DNA of 59,399 nt, the filler included, from Sphacelaria rigidula (lineage: Eukaryota), in the NCBI GenBank assembly GCA_964200075.2. It is 6 parts of 6 records of this genome, joined end to end, with 100 filler letters (N's around TTAATTAATTAA, not from the genome) between each part and the next. Parts side by side here need not be neighbours in the genome. Positions count along the whole stretch, not along the records: positions 19,837 to 29,653 come from CAXNAA020007699.1; positions 29,754 to 39,569 come from CAXNAA020007700.1; 4 more parts are not named here. One strand, given 5' to 3'. Shown here piece after piece: positions 24,195 to 36,954 of this stretch (the stretch's first letter is position 1; every line of letters begins with the position of its first letter). A program made the translations under genes and the position numbers. The notes under the pieces were generated by a model. The model worked only from the letters and a program-made list of their open reading frames with translations. It was not told the origin of the DNA and did not search any database.

Positions 24195-27100
24195 TTATCT
24201 CCCAAATTCGGTTATAGCCTTCAGCAGTCTCTGATGTACAATTTTATCAAAGCTTTTGGTGAGAAGATCCGCTAATTGTTCTAAAGATCGTACATAGCTC
24301 ATCCTTAGTTATCCGGCTCGAATCATATCCTTTAAATTAAATAATCGTATCGCCAGGTGTTTCGACCTGGTGCTGAAGTTGGCGTTCGAAGACAGATGAA
24401 GTGCGCCTTGTGAATCCGAGTAGATAGTCGCGGGCTCAATAGATGACCATCCAAGCTCTCGTATCAGATTGAATATATACGTTCCGAATTTGCCACATTT
24501 CGAAACGGCGATTAACTCCGCTTCTGTCGTTGAAGTAGCTGTTATACGTTGTAAGCTCGAAGTGAAATCAACTAGTCCGTTAGCCAGTAGTAATAACGTT
24601 CCCGTTGTTGATCGCATTTTCCCCTGAAGCCCGGCATTACCATAGCTAGCGTCACTAAATCCCTTTTAAACCAGATTCTTATTGGAGGTTGAGTACATTA
24701 GCGGAAGATCGAGTTTTCCCTTCAGATACCGAAATATCCGTTTAACTGCTTCTAAGTTTTGACTACTCGGGCTGCTCATGTGGCGTGCTACCTGGGAGAC
24801 ACTTAATGCGATGTCGAATCTTGTGCTCTGAGCCAGAAAGATGAGGCTCCCAACTGTCGCTTGGTACTTAGTTTTCTCTGACGGTTCCGGAAAGGTGTCT
24901 TCAGGCACGTCGTCGACGAGCTGAGTTGGTGTTCCCGGTGTGTGAACTGGATTGGATGACTCCATGCTGAATTTCTTCAGCATTCATTCTACGTACCTAT
25001 GCTGTGACAACTTGAGAGTTCCTCGCGCTTCGTCCCTGATGACTTCTATACCGAAAATATGAGAAACTGGCCCTAGCTCGGAGATCGAGAATCTTGATTT
25101 CAGTGCATCCTGAACCTGTTGCAGTATACTGATTGACGGTCCTGCCATCAAGACATCATCTACATACAGAGTAAGCATCACATATCCCTCATGGGATCCT
25201 TTTGTGTAGACACATGGGTCACTTGCTGTGGCCAAAAAAAAACATTTTCCGTAGCTCCGTATCCATTATAACGTTCCACCGGTTTGGACTCTGGCGCAGT
25301 CCATAGAGCGCGCTTAAGACGCACCACTTGTGGTTCTCCTGTCGTTGGGTCGAACGTCTCGAAGCCAGGCGGTTGTCTCCAGAATACTGTTTCCTGTAGC
25401 TTGCCGTTGAAGAAAGCAGTTTGTACGTCGAGAGCAAAAATAGGCCAATTTTTCGCAGTAGCAATCGCCAATAACAATCGCTAACTTTCTAACCTGCACA
25501 CTGGAGCGAAAGTACTCCCGCAGTTGAGTCCATGCCTCTGAGACCAACCTTGAACCACCAACCGGGCTTTTAAACGCCCGTCGGCTTTGACCTCAAAGAC
25601 CCACCTTGTACCGATAGTGTTGTTGCTGGGAGAGAGCTGGCCGGGATGATATCGGCTGCTTCATGATGTTTTATGCTTGAAGTTCGTCCAGTATGGCTGC
25701 TTTCCATTTCTTCGCATATGGTGAGCTCGATGCCTGTCGATAGTTGGTAGGTGCTGAAATTGACGTGGGCGGTGTAACCTGTTCAACTCCGACGGTGTCT
25801 ATGTAGTGACATACCGTTTCCAGTGTTGCTGCAGCATGTTGACCCCCAGAAGACATGAAAGCTAGTCGCTTTAGCTCACGGGCTTGCCATTTGATAACGG
25901 ATCCAGGAGGATGATGATTGGGACCACCGGCTGAACGCAACCTCCTTTGGGCGATAGGCGGCGCTGTAGTCGGTGAGTCGTCCTCCGTGGTACCGTCCTG
26001 TAGCTGAGCTACACCATCGTGAATATTTATGTTGAAGTTGTTGGTGTCGTCATGTTGTTCCTGATCAACTGCAGATACGTCGGGTTCCTGGATATCCAAT
26101 GTCGAAAACTCTTCATCACTGTAAGGAGCCCCTGTTACTTGTTCGATGAAAGTAACGTTTCTGGAGCTGGATATGTTCCCCGAGTAGCGGTTGTAAATGC
26201 GGTACGACGGACTATCGGAATCATACCCTACTAGCACTCTTTCCCAAGCCTTTTCTTCTAACTTACTGTGACGACGCTCCCTGTGCACAAACGGCCTCGA
26301 GCCGATTGTCCGCAAGGATGATAGCTTCGGTTGCTTAAGAAACATCCGAAAATATGGTGTATCGCCGCCGATGCTCGTGTGCGGTAGGCGGTTGATTAAG
26401 AAGACCGCAGTTGCAGAAAATTCTCCCCAAAACAATTCGGCAAATTCGATTCGTTCAGGAGACAACGTGCAACGCTCAAGATACTCCGCCCGTCTCTTTC
26501 ACTGGTACCATTCTGCTGAGGAGTATATGGGCTGGTGAACTCTTGACGGATACCCGTAGTGTTGCAGTACCTCTTAAAATAGTCCGCGATATATTCACCC
26601 CCACGGTCTGACCGCAGACGGTGTACACGGAGTCCGAAAGGAATAGCCAACTCTTGGATGAACCTGCAGAGCGTAGTTAGGGTCTCATCCTTCGTTTTGA
26701 TGAAGTAGACTACCTTGAAACTCGAGAAGTGATCCCTAAAACTTTGCCATGCAACGGTAGCCCCCCTGCGTCATGGGCGTAATCGGTCCTGTTAGGCCAG
26801 TGCTGACCAGTTGCAGTCGTTCCGGAATATTCGTCGAGTCTACGATCTTTGGGTGGTACTGCTGTACACTTTTATTAAGCTTTCACGTTACACAAGGTGA
26901 CAGTGACCCCTCAAAGTTCACACCTGATTCGGGAGTATTCAGTAGACGGCGCATGACCTGCTCCGCTGGGTGTTCAAGTCGCCTATGCCAAATGTCTGCT
27001 CCTGTCGTGGTAGACAAAGCTGTCGGTCCTGCTCCCGCTGTGGCAGACATGGCTGCTGAAACTCGCGGGATGTCGTGGTGAATGGTTTCTTCAAAAACGG

Positions 27101-28986
27101 CTGACCCGATGCCTTTAGATTCTCCTGACATAATTGTAGCTGTAAGTGCTGAGATGTTATCAATATTACCCGGTTTCCGAGAAACTCTCACGCTGATGTA
27201 CTGTGAGGCTCCGTTGCTGTCACTGTTGATTGGCACTTTAAACTTTCCAAGGTGAATATGGGACTCGTGAGAAAATGTAGTCGAAGCCCCCTCCGCAAGA
27301 GCTTGCACGGGGGAGAATAAATTCTTCCCCATACCTGGGACAATCACGGCTGGGAGCCGAACAGAACGTTGGTACCCCTCAGAGTCAATGACCACGGTGT
27401 TCAGAACTTCTTTTGCTGTACCATGCAGTCGATGGCGTCCCGCTGTTAAAATAGTCATCGGGGAATCGAGTTTGACCACCTCGACCATTTCACGTTTGAT
27501 ATCGGGTAGCCACTGATCATCCAGAAAGTGTCCAGTGCTTCCGCTATCCACTGTCAACTGAAAAGAATTTGATCGGATGTATCAGTGATATATGAACCAG
27601 AACGAAAAGAAAACCCCAAACAGTTTGGTGGTGAAGATGAATCCATCACTGTTGCAGCTGTTGATGAAGAAGTTTGTAGACCGTTGTTGTTCGATGGTGC
27701 GGTTGTAGAAGCTGGATCGGCGACGGCTGTGTTGGCTTGGCGTTGATGTCCGTTGGAGTTGTTGCTGCCGATGTTGCTGTTGTGGTTGCTCCTACTGTTG
27801 TTGTTGCTGCTATTGTCACGGTTGTTATTTCGATGGCGGGGGTTTCTACGACGATAATGGTTATTTTTGTTGTTTCCAGCGTTGTTGGTCGCATTCCCGC
27901 GGTTCTGTTGAGATCTACACTCAGTGTCGTCATGCTTGTCAGTATGATGGAAACTGCACAATTTTACAGGCATGTTCCCATTGCTCTGGCCTGATGTCCT
28001 GGCCTCCCGCAGGTGTAGCAATTTCCACGGAATTTCTGGGGTTGATCCAAAGATTTCGACAGTGATATCACCAGCAGTGATGAATCGCGACTATGCTATT
28101 TTCCGGAGGTATATCTCCGGGGCACGCGATTAGCATACATAGTTCGCATTGTTGTTTCGATGCTCTGAATACTGAGATCTGGATCACGCTCCGCATTGTA
28201 CTTGATGAGGTCATACTCGCTTGTTAAACCTTCGATCACTATGTCAGTCAGCCTTTCTTCGGAAATGGCCTCGCCAATGTTGTCCAGTTCGTCCCGAAGC
28301 TGATACGCTTTGCTCAAGAAAGTATCAGGGTCTTGCCCTGGTGACATAGAGACGTTGTTGAGTTCTCTCATCAACATCCTCATTCTCTGCTTCGAAGAAT
28401 TTTGATCCCTGGAAATCAAAGCTCCCCATGCGCATTTGCCGTGTGGTCTCTCTGAACCCCTCGGCTGGAGTCGCAACAAATCACTCGCTGCAGGACCAGT
28501 TGTAGACAGGTACAAAACGTGGAACAATCGTTGACTGCACCGGTCCCAACTCTCTATCTCAAGCGTGTTAGAAATCTGCCTTACATGTGACACCACGCTT
28601 GGAGAACGAGATTGTTGTGTAGAATGATGCTCTTCTTCAGTGGGTCCAGTCCCGTCCACCGCTGCGATCGTCTCGTCCCCAGTGGTTGCCTCCACCGAAA
28701 AGAAATGCGGTCGAACGGACGACTGCTGGCGGGTGGTTTGAGAATGAGTTTTGGGAGGGCTAAGTCTTGTGGCAGCAGGTTGTAGCAGATGTACCTCAGA
28801 AAAATCTTCTTCGAGTGCCGCAGGGCGTTCGATCCCGTTGAGGATATGCGCAATCCCCGGATGAGTTAAAGAAATGATAGCGCGCGTAGAGCGCATCCGC
28901 TCGACGAATTTTGTTCCGTCGAACTTGTTGATGCTCTTGATGAACGGAGTTACAGATTGCTCTCCCGACATATTCACCTGCCTCAC
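24195..28986 (-). pseudogene. Disrupted copia gag-pol polyprotein
   Basis: Consecutive ORF fragments in PR-IN-RT-RH order, diagnostic of Ty1/copia. Confidence 0.93.
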
Positions 28987-29142
28987 GTTACATTTAATAA
29001 AACGTTCTCTTCACACCTGCAGATCTTTGGGAAAGATCAGGGTTCTTGGAATCTTCATTGTCGCTGCTGTGGCGACCTTGATGTGACACCTCCTCGCTCG
29101 TGCTGACCAATGTTACCTCGATCCGCAGGCTGATGACCTGAA

Positions 29143-29653
29143 TGTTAGAATATTAAATGTCAGTCAATGGTAACGACTACTATCTATCGTAAGCTATCGC
29201 AAACAAGTAAGAAATCATTTTGAGTTCCAGGAATAGTCTGCGGTATATTCTGCGGTACATTATGCTTCCGGAACAATTGTCGGGGGACTAATCGGGAGTC
29301 ATTGGTTGTAATACCCCCCGAGTGTTTTAGACGTGTGGAAGTTCTGGAAGTTCATTAGCTGATCGGTAGGCTCGCACACTTGTTGCTCGCCCACCTGATC
29401 ATTCCTTCTCTACTACTTTTCTTCTCATACTCTTCTCTTCCACGAGTTAGAGTCTTCGGCCACATAAGTACCGAGTTCAACATCTCTATTCTCAAGCCAA
29501 GTGACTTGACCGTCACTCTCTGCACCTCTGCATAAACTGCAGAAGACAGTTGCCACATCGGCATACCATCAAGAGTGAAGCCATATTCCTTCAGGTTATG
29601 AGCGAGCTTCATCAATAAGCAGAGGAAGGGAGTCATCCTACGATAGGGGGGGG
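29143..29653 (+). mobile_element. Copia B 5' LTR (29143-29593), PBS and start of leader
   Basis: TGTTAG...CTTCA followed by copia-type PBS GGTTATGAGC. Confidence 0.92.
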
Positions 29654-29753
29654 NNNNNNNNNNNNNNNNNNNNNNNNNNNNNNNNNNNNNNNNNNNNTTA
29701 ATTAATTAANNNNNNNNNNNNNNNNNNNNNNNNNNNNNNNNNNNNNNNNNNNN

Positions 29754-30613
29754 GTGATGTCTTCAGCGAGTCGCATGAAGGGTGAGCTGCATCTTGCTAA
29801 GATTGTTCGGCACGAAGCTTACTGGCTATCTTGAACGTAACAAGGGATCATTAAAAATGAGGTTGAACACTCAAATGGGGTTGAAGTCGACTTCCGGAAA
29901 GTCACATATTACGTGAAACTGTTTCCCAAAATCAACGAACTGAAGATTTTCATTATCTGTCGAACTTCCCCTAGCTTCCCTTGTCGCGCATTATTACTCA
30001 GGTACCTAGAGCCATTATGTATCTCTTTTCGTCCATTCGAAACGGCTCTCACCAGGTGAGGAGAGTCATTTTTCATCGGATTCACTCTTCTCGGGAAAAT
30101 ATTGTGCCAGAGTAATTTCGAGTCCTGGGAATATTCGCAAGGGGTAAGGAGTTTCCCACCTATGATATTTCCTATTTTCATATCTGCCAAACGTTTCCAG
30201 TAACGGGAATTCTGTTCCGAAACATCAACGGCGGCACTTTATTTCTCATACGAGTATCCTTTCCTTGATCGTTTCGAGAGAGTTCGAAAAGCTCAGGGAC
30301 AACTTTTGATCAAACCCGATGGTAGCGGACGAATACACCCTCTCACCTCATGAAGGCCGTTTCAAAAGTACGAAAAGATGCATATATATATATATATATA
30401 TAGTTTGAGACACCAGAGAAACAATGTGCGACAAGACCAGCTAGGGGAAGTTTTAACAGACACGTGAAATCTTCAGTTGGTTGTTTTTGACAAAACTGCT
30501 TCACGTAAAGTGTGACTTCGGAAGGCGACTTCACTCTTATTTGAGTGTTCAACCTCATTTTCCAGGACCTTTTGTATGTGGATGACAGTTTCCAATGAGT
30601 TGCTTCATTTTCT
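29754..30613 (-). mobile_element. C-tailed retroposon fragment split by a MITE
   Basis: 29754-29839 and 30575-30613 are contiguous parts of the element; a G-run lies at its 5' side. Confidence 0.75.
29840..30574. mobile_element. MITE with ~170-bp TIRs and TA flanks (Tc1/mariner-like)
   Basis: aaaatgaggttgaacactcaaat...acttcccctagct is mirrored at 30405-30574; TA at 29838-39 and 30575-76. Confidence 0.78.
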
Positions 30614-31769
30614 AGCGCGCGCGCGGGGGGGGGGGGGGGTGGGCACATTTTTGGTTCATAACAGTCGTTGGAGCAGGAGGGGGGGGGGGGGGGGGAGAGA
30701 GTGGTGGGAGGGGACAAAANNNNNNNNNNGTGTGGTGTGGTTTTTTTTCATATCTTGCACACCAGCCCGCAGAGCCCTGCGGCCGGGGTGCGCCCTCACG
30801 ATTGGCGTACCGGGTGCAAAAAACAAAATACCTTGTAGCACACCGGCGAACCGGTGGTACGACAGCCCAGTGCGAAATAGTGATGGTGATGTTTATTTTC
30901 TTTTGCATTTCGTTCGTTTTGTGCTCTTTCAAGGATGTATCGAGAAATGTGAAGGAACGTATCTGCTCACGAGTATTTTCTGTACGCCGCGAACGGGTAA
31001 AGGTCGACAATACAAGGAGAACTGCAGTAGCCTCCATTCGCATCGCTCTCTCGTGCCCATCCAATCGCAATTCGCCCTCCAATCAATGGAGGCAGCCATG
31101 TGAAAACCTCGCACTTGAAACGGGTGCTCCTAGCGGCCGCCACTGGTCGTGTTTCACTGGCACCCGCATTGCTGTCGCACTTGGTGTCCGATAACGGGAG
31201 GGTGGTTTGCGAAACGTGAATATATGGTTCACCGCAGTCCGCACCGGGCTACGAGGACGGGGGGTGCTACACCAAAAAAAATTACGGTATTTGTGCTTGT
31301 CCACTCAAATTGAACGACGACTTTTTTACCTACTGAGGACAGTTGTCATTGGTTAGCCAAAACAAAACCCTGGTACAACGAAACGATAAACAACCCCCCG
31401 CTCGCTCCCACCCCTAGAATCTTGGGCTGGCGTCGAGTGGCAACGGCGCTGTGAAACAAGCCACCAGAACCTAGATATAAAATGTACAGTCACTGTAACC
31501 ATACCATCGACCGCCACTAGACAAAACAAAGTCGCGGACCGACGGACACAACAGACATGCAAAAACCCAAATAACCGTTGTTTCACCTCCCCGGAAGCAC
31601 ACAAGATGGATATAGACATGATATAACAAAGTTTCCCTTTTGTTTCAACTTCTTCCTTTTTCCTTCCTTATTCTCTGTGTTTTTCTTTTTCTTTCTCGTC
31701 TCTTTCTTTTTCCTTTTCCTCTTTCTCTACAGATTTTTCCCGTCCTTGTTTTTTTTTGTTTTTCTCCAC

Positions 31770-32502
31770 TACCATAGCACAGCACGGGTATAGACGTAAA
31801 ATAGAGAAGCCAATCGTATTTTACGTTTAACCTACCATAACGCAGCTCGGACATAGACATGAAATAGATAAGCTAACCCTCCTGATTCTTTGACCTACCA
31901 TGACAAAGCCCGGGGATGTACATACAATAAAGAAGCCAACCACCCTTTTTCTTTAACTTACAATGACACAGCACGGACATAAGCATAGATCAAAGAAGTT
32001 AGCCCTCCTGTTTCTTTAACCTACCATGATACAGCCCGGACATGGACATATAACACAGCACGGACATGGGCATGGTATAGAGAAGCTATCCGTTCTTTTT
32101 CGTTAACCTACCATAACAAAGCCCGGATAAAGACATGGAATGAAGCAGCTGACCCTCCTGTTTCTTTAACCTACCATAACACAGCGCGGACATGGGCGTT
32201 GAATAGAGAAGCACGCCTGCTTTTTTTTTAGCCTACCTAACACAGCGCGGATACAGACATGAATGGGAAAAGCTAACCCTCCTTTTCCTTTGACCTACCA
32301 TAACACAGCCCGGACATAGACATGAATTGAAAAAACTAACCCTCACTTTTCCTTAATCTACCATAACACAGCCCGGACATAGACATGAAAGCAGCTAAAG
32401 CATCCTTATTCTTCAACCTATCATAACACAGCCCGGATAAAAACATGAAATGAAGAAGCTAACCCTCCTTTTTCTCTACCCTGCCATGAGACAGGCCGGA
32501 CA
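31770..32502 (+). repeat. Tandem array of ~12 diverged ~62-bp units
   Basis: Approximate consensus TTTAACCTACCATAACACAGCCCGGACATAGACATGAAATAGAGAAGCTAACCCTCCTKTTTC; unit starts near 31770, 31830, 31893, 31955, 32018, 32105, 32168, 32231, 32292, 32355, 32415, 32478. Confidence 0.93.
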
Positions 32503-35500
32503 TAATAGCGAGAAAAAACATAATATCTGCTTCCCTATATCGAGACGTGAAATATCCGAGAATCTTCCCCCTATATCATAATAAAGGTAAGACAAGAACC
32601 AACCCAAAACCTAGACATGTAAGTGATAGCGTACAGGTTGACCACCTTACATGCAAATCGAGAATACAAAATACATTATAAGTACGGATAAGTTAGGGTC
32701 ACCACCCCTTCCATCTTAAATTCACAACATGGAGATTGGGGTCTCGTGGTGAGATACCCGTGAAACCTTACCGGTTTCCAGTGGGCGGTGGAAAAATCTG
32801 GTCAGCCATTTTCCTAAAATCTCCGATGTTAGGCGCAAAAGCTGATGAAGGGAAGGGGTGGATAATGCATGACATACACGCCAAGACCTACTGCACTCGA
32901 GAAACAAATGCCTCACCAATTATCGACCACATGACCTAAGAGAAGGAGCACCAAGTGGTACGTAGACTTCCTAGAGATCTTGAAGAATAGAAGCTGGTAC
33001 AAAGTGTGGGGGAATCGTTGGCCAAGCTCTCGGCAGCGAAGGTCTACTCGAAAGCATCAGTGGAGTAGCGACCCATAGTGAAACGTAGACGGAGGGATGA
33101 ATGATGTACGGGACATCCCGATGTGAGTAAGACCCTGTGTTATGCAACCCGCCCTTAAACCTTACACGGTGAAAATGACCTCACTGGAGGAAAGTAACCA
33201 GTACAGCAGCAGGGCAAGAAGATACAAGATACGATCGTGGGACGCCTGAATGCTTTACCATGAAGATCGCCTGGCACAAACGTGGGACACTAGTGTCAAA
33301 GGTGTTGAACTTGACTTCAGGCTACGAGCCCGTATTGGAGGCATTGTTTGTTGTCGCTAAGCCAGCAAAAGAACTAAAAAACATCAGACTCCCAACAAGT
33401 ACTAGAATCGGTATATCCTAGTCCCTTGACTACATCCCACCACAATAATCAAAACGAACAAGTTGGAGCACTCTCGAAAACGATCGAGAGAGAAACGGTA
33501 AGGAAGGGCGTATGGAGAGGTAAAGGGTGGGCGGGTAAAGGACTAGTAGTGCTGGTATTCGGAGTCCGTAGCGATATGACGAGAATAGAGTTTAAAGGTG
33601 ATTGCAATGGAGTTCGGTTATACTGTTTGGCAACAGGAAAAGTAAAGCGGGAGGGGGAACACCTCCGAGTCACGCTACACCAGAGCGCAAGCAAGGAGTG
33701 GGAAAGGATAGAGACAAGTAAGGTGTTAGCATGGGTTAGAAGGGTAGGATGGGGATTATGCATAGTTTATGGAATAACAAACCTAAGACATGGTGCACGG
33801 GTAAACGGAGGCAAGGGGGGACAGGAACAGTAAGTGCCCGGAAAGGGAATCGGGGGACATGGCGGCCTGAAGCAAATTGACAAAGACCAAACCGGAACCG
33901 GGAAGCAAGATCAGGCAAAGAGAAGAAGAAGTAAAAGCGACGAGGAGAGAACAGTAGACAAGAGGAGAGCAGAAATGATTCGGAAAGGAAGTTGAGAATA
34001 GGATCGTGGAACGTGTGTCGATTCGGCACACACAGGCAAGCGCAAAAGACTAGAGATAGCGCAACCAGTAAGAAACCGCGACCTAGATATAGTAGGAACC
34101 CAAGAGTCATGGGAGAAAGAGGAGGCGGGAATAGAGGGCAAAGTTGAGGAATACGCATGTAAAGGGGAAAAGGGGAAGGGACAGAAGGACAAGAGCAGGG
34201 GAGCGGGAGGAGTAGGATTCTTAGTCAAGGAATACCTGTGTGACATTATAGCGTGATCGATCCCACGAAATTCGACAGAAACATATGGATAAGGGTACCA
34301 GGAGAGCGGGGAACAAAGGACTCCTTCGTAGGGAATATCTACATGCCCCCAGAATCGAAGATTAGGGTGAAAGATACACAGCGTAGGTTTGGAGAGATAA
34401 AAGCAGATAATAACATAAGTATAAAAGGCAAGGAGAAGTAATGTCAGTGGGAGATGTTAATGCAAGGGTAGGAAGAGCAGGCTAACCGGGTGATATCATT
34501 GGGCAATATGGGGAAGATAAGAAGAACACGAATGGGGTAGAAATACTGAGGTTCCTTGAGCATAACGAGATGAAGACACTGAACGATAGAGCACAAAAGC
34601 TAGAGGCGCAATAGACATTGACTAGAAGATGCAAAGACGAGAGAGAATGCTCCGTTCTCGACTATATAGTGGCAGAGCATGGAAGTAGTGAAGAAATAAT
34701 AGTACATGTATGCCCGGAGGACGCGGGAACCACAGATCATTGCCTAATATGGACAAATAGCCAACGGACGAGAGAAACAAAAAATAGGCGGGGTAGGAAG
34801 TTGTACAAAAGGAGAACTGATGAAGTAGATATGGAAGAAAAATAGCAAGAGTTCCAAGAAGAGATGGCCAAGAATGCAGTGAAATTTCTCGAGCTGTTGG
34901 AACGCGTAGTAGGTGCAGTTGATACCCAAATGGAAAGAAACTGGGCAGGAGCGAAGATTATAGAAGGATGGGAGCAGTGGGTCAAGAACACAGGGTGTAA
35001 ATTCATAGGGAATGTACTGATCGTATGCAACAAAGCAGTAAGATGGTGGGATAAGGAAGTAGAAGAGGCTACTTCGATGTATAAGGATAAGGAGAGAGGC
35101 CCACGCGAGATGGATGTCGGGTAAAACTACGACAGGATGGGAGGAGCATACTTGAGCTCGAAATGAAGTACAAAATATGGTACAGCAGAAAAATAAGGGA
35201 GTATTAGACGATGTAGTGAATGAAACAAATGAAGATTTCCATGGCGGGATGAAACAAATGTGGGTAGGGACAAAAGGGGTAACGGGAAACCAGGCAGGAA
35301 AAGGATAGCCACACTCTGGGCACAGAACGGCAAAATGGTCAGTAGTTTCGAAGGGGAAGAGAGAAGAAGTACTAGCTCTAGTAGAGCACTACCGTAAACT
35401 AGGAAGGCCAAAAACTAACACCAAATTCGACAAGGAATTCGAAAAAAGAATCAACGAGTGGGTAGAAGCAAATGTGGAGACGTCGAAACGGCGGGATAGT

Positions 35501-36236
35501 GGCTCGAAAGAATTGTAGAGAGAGTTTACCAGAGATGAAGTAAAGGAGTGCGTAGCTATACTCAAGAACAGAAAGGCAGCAGGGGCAGACTTAACAGTGA
35601 ATGGATTTCCAAAGTACGGGGGAGAGGGAATGAGCACCATGATGGCTATGCCGTACAACTGGATCTGGGAAAACAAGTACACACCCAAGAGGTGGAGAGA
35701 AGGAGTAATAGCCAACCTTTTCAAAAAAGAAGACAAGGCTGGCCCGAGAAATAACGGAGGGATAACGCACTATACTGAGCACGGTAGGGAAAACATTTCT
35801 CAAGATTCTGAACGATAGAGTAGGAGCGGTGCTAGAAAAAGGGAGGAAAAAACAGCGAGGGAGAAGCAGGATTTAGACCAAACCGTAGTTGTGTAGACCA
35901 TGTGTACACGCCACATGAGATTATTCAGGGTGGGAAAGACACCGGCCTGACAGCGTACTGTTTCTTCCTGGGCGTGCAAAAGGCATATTACACAGTAATA
36001 CTATGGAGAAATGGGTTGTGGAAAACGTCGTTGGAAGTTGGGATCAGAGGAAAGATTCGGAGAAAAGAAGACAGAATGTGCCCAAAGTGTCATGATGCTA
36101 GATGGGGAAATACGGTAGAGTTCAAATGGAAGTGGGGAGAAGAAAGGCTGCCGATCATACACCAGTATACATACATCGGCCTAGAAATCACAAGAAACTG
36201 TCGTCGGAATGCACACATGAATAAAGTAATAGAAAA

Positions 36237-36667
36237 GAATACGAGATGTTACAAATTGAGAATGGATCTTTCATTAGGGATGAAAACCCGGAGAATTAAA
36301 ATCTTCGTATTAACACCAAATCTTCGAAGTATGTTTCCATTTCTTTACTTGCTAGTGGCTATTGACAACTACTACACGCTATACAAATTTGGATTTCGAT
36401 AACCGAAATGTCGAGGTCCTACATGAAAAGCCAATGTTGGCGTCCGATCGGACACCCAAAATCCCCCACAGTTGGTGTTTTCCCTAGCACCCCGACATTT
36501 CGGTATCCAAATCTAAATTTGTATGGCGTGTGGCAGTTGTCGAAAGTTACCAGCAAATTAAAAAATGGAAGCATACGTGAAGATTTGGTGTGGATACGAA
36601 GCTTCTAATTCTCCGGGTTTTCATCCCTAACAAAAGTTCCCTCCTCAATTTGTAAAATCCCGTGTTC
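36237..36667. mobile_element. Foldback MITE (~200-bp arms) inserted in the LINE
   Basis: ttagggatgaaaacccggagaatta versus taattctccgggttttcatccctaa; ccgaaatgtcg versus cgacatttcgg; LINE reading resumes after it. Confidence 0.85.
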
Positions 36668-36691
36668 AAGGCACAGATAGATAAGATGGAC

Positions 36692-36954
36692 AACAACGTT
36701 CTCGTGATATTGAGAGCAGAGCGGGGATCAAGAATGGCTTTGATCCCTTGCTTTAACCTAGCCGATTTTTCATTCCGTGTGTGCTTTTCTTCACCGTGTA
36801 CTTCCAGCTACACGTCGGTATCCTACTCTCGATAACAAGGAAAGAATATCGGACCTCGTGGAGGGGCATTTCGGAACTGACACGGTTCGTTGACTTACTG
36901 ACAGTTTTTAACTCTCAATCGTATCCTCTACCCCAAATCTTACAAAATATTGTG
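36692..36954. mobile_element. 263-bp insertion in the LINE with GGAC duplication and imperfect TIRs
   Basis: Removal restores K-M-D-V-I-L-R-D-S-H-L-D; GGAC at 36688-91 and 36955-58. Confidence 0.7.

Larger units (their letters stand above)
22057..29142 (-). mobile_element. Copia element A: PBS, gag-PR-IN-RT-RH (multiple stops and frameshifts), 1.6-kb 3' region, PPT, LTR
   Basis: PBS GGTCATCAGCC at 29138-29128; gag 28986-28096; CYTCGRPGH knuckle; VDSGSTGH protease; WHRRLEH; RSDRGGEY and PQQNGTSER integrase; LDVQTAF, YGLRQSP, LYVDD RT; TEAELIA RNase H; stop near 24195; PPT CGGGGAGG at 22600-22593. Confidence 0.95.

Noticed and set aside
21608-29593. The two similar LTRs as the LTR pair of the enclosed minus-strand gag-pol
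   Set aside because: They are plus-strand (PPT left of the first, PBS right of the second); the enclosed element has its own PBS, PPT and different LTR
31770-32502. CRISPR array next to a reverse transcriptase
   Set aside because: Whole units are mutually similar with no unique spacers; no cas genes; eukaryotic context
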